Shown in pieces: positions 16,138-17,268 of a stretch of DNA of 17,268 nucleotides; positions within the stretch are counted from its first letter, which is position 1, and each line of letters opens with the position of its first letter. The notes below the pieces were generated by a model. The model saw nothing but the letters and a program-made list of their open reading frames with translations, was not told the origin of the DNA and did no database searches. The position numbers and the translations under genes were made by a program. The stretch lies in NCBI GenBank assembly GCA_018238625.1, contig JABCSY010000088.1, positions 1 to 17,268 on the forward strand, written 5' to 3'. Source of the DNA: Promethearchaeota archaeon. GTDB taxonomy: Archaea; Asgardarchaeota; Lokiarchaeia; Sigyniarchaeales; SOKP01.

Positions 16138-17259
16138 TCACTGGTTCAATCTTAAGTCAGAAACGATATCTGTTAAGATCTTTAACATGTTTTCGAGATC
16201 TTTTACTGTCACTTCACCCATATGACCGATTCGGAAAGTCTTATTCTTCAAATCTCCATAACCGTTAACAATTCGATAACCCTTACTTAGTAATGTTGAG
16301 ACCATCTTCCCAATATCGATATTCAACGAATTTTTCATAGTAGAAACTGTATTGGACTCGTATCCTTTCTCTGGAAACATCTCAAAATTAATATCTCGTG
16401 CCCACATTCTAGTACGTTTTCCTAATCGTTCGTGTCTTTCAAATCTTTTTTCTAATCCTTCGTGATTCAGGATATAATCCAGTTGAGCCGCTAAAGCTCT
16501 AATTTGAGGTATTGGTGGCGTTGTTGGCGTTTGATGTTTTTCAGATCTTTTGACTAAATCAAGAAAGTCAAAGTAAAACCCTCTGTTTTTAACCTGAGAA
16601 GTTTTTTCGATCGCAGCTTTGGATATTGAACATAAAGCCAGTCCTGGCGGTAATGTAAAACACTTTTGAACTGAGGCTAAACACACGTCGATCCCTAATT
16701 TATCAACCTCAACTTTAATTCCCGCCATTGATGATGTTGCGTCAACGCACACTAAAGCGCCAAAATCTTTAATAACTGGAATTACTTCATTAATAGGGTT
16801 ATAAACTCCTGTGGAAGTTTCATTTGATTGGATAAAAACTACAGCGTATTTATCTTTATTCAATGCTTCTTGTGCAAATTCGGGAGTTATTGGTTTACCC
16901 CATTCAACGCCCTCTTTTACTGAGACCTTCCCATTTGAAACTCCAATTTTGTACCAACGATCTCCAAACGCTCCAATCGAAAAAAATAGAGCCTTCTCGT
17001 CTTTTTTAACTAAATTTCTTACGCAAGCTTCCATTAGTCCAGTAGCGCTCGATGTTGAGATTAAGCAATCATTGGAGGTGTATAAAAGTTTTTTAAGCCC
17101 TTCTTCTACAAGTTGATGCATTTCTGCGTATGGTTTAGACCTATGCGTGTCGTTTGGTTTTGCCATTTCTTTTAATATTCGTTCTGGGATGTAAACTGGT
17201 CCAGGTGTGAATAATTTTATTTGAGAACCTTTTTCTTTATCAAAGTGAATTTCAGACAT
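16138..17259 (-). CDS. Class V PLP-dependent aminotransferase (alanine-glyoxylate / archaeal phosphoserine aminotransferase-like)
   Basis: LFTPGPV, HRS, NETSTGV, VDATSS, SVQKC (PLP lysine), PPGL, TPTTP, FRIGHMG. Confidence 0.92.
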   Translation of the reverse strand: MSEIHFDKEKGSQIKLFTPGPVYIPERILKEMAKPNDTHRSKPYAEMHQLVEEGLKKLLYTSNDCLISTSSATGLMEACVRNLVKKDEKALFFSIGAFGDRWYKIGVSNGKVSVKEGVEWGKPITPEFAQEALNKDKYAVVFIQSNETSTGVYNPINEVIPVIKDFGALVCVDATSSMAGIKVEVDKLGIDVCLASVQKCFTLPPGLALCSISKAAIEKTSQVKNRGFYFDFLDLVKRSEKHQTPTTPPIPQIRALAAQLDYILNHEGLEKRFERHERLGKRTRMWARDINFEMFPEKGYESNTVSTMKNSLNIDIGKMVSTLLSKGYRIVNGYGDLKNKTFRIGHMGEVTVKDLENMLKILTDIVSDLRLNQ

Positions 17260-17268
17260 ATTCTAATC

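Noticed and set aside
8224-17116. Short ORFs 8224..8409, 8586..8774, 10476..10676, 11268..11486, 12967..13167, 14799..15011, 15276..15518, 16811..17116
   Set aside because: They overlap longer motif-supported CDSs in alternative frames or strands and have no independent evidence.

Overview
AT-rich archaeal chromosomal window, most consistent with Asgard archaea (Lokiarchaeota-like). The basis is a tRNA with bulge-helix-bulge (BHB) introns, TATA-type promoters, frequent TTG starts and a small uDENN/longin-like protein; the taxonomy is inferred. Left to right: an MFS transporter; a PAP2 phosphatase; a tandemly duplicated two-gene module (double-2TM membrane protein + PadR regulator with C-terminal zinc ribbon) whose two upstream regions share a CTATGTAG-N5-ACA motif; a DUF4332-like/transglutaminase-like fusion; a tRNA-Leu(TAA) with two introns (21/22 and 37/38); a TacAT/AtaRT-like GNAT toxin-antitoxin pair bracketed by a 49-bp direct repeat; a zinc-ribbon/ICMT-family membrane protein followed by a stray 43-bp near-copy of the toxin gene; a longin-like protein; a coiled-coil/winged-helix protein; ogt; DUF1015; a molybdopterin oxidoreductase; a SerA-like dehydrogenase; a small membrane protein; and a class V aminotransferase. 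The most notable items are the repeat-bounded tRNA-adjacent toxin cassette with its orphan fragment, the double-intron tRNA, and the duplicated 2TM-PadR system with a candidate operator. All family calls are from motif recognition by eye, not database searches.
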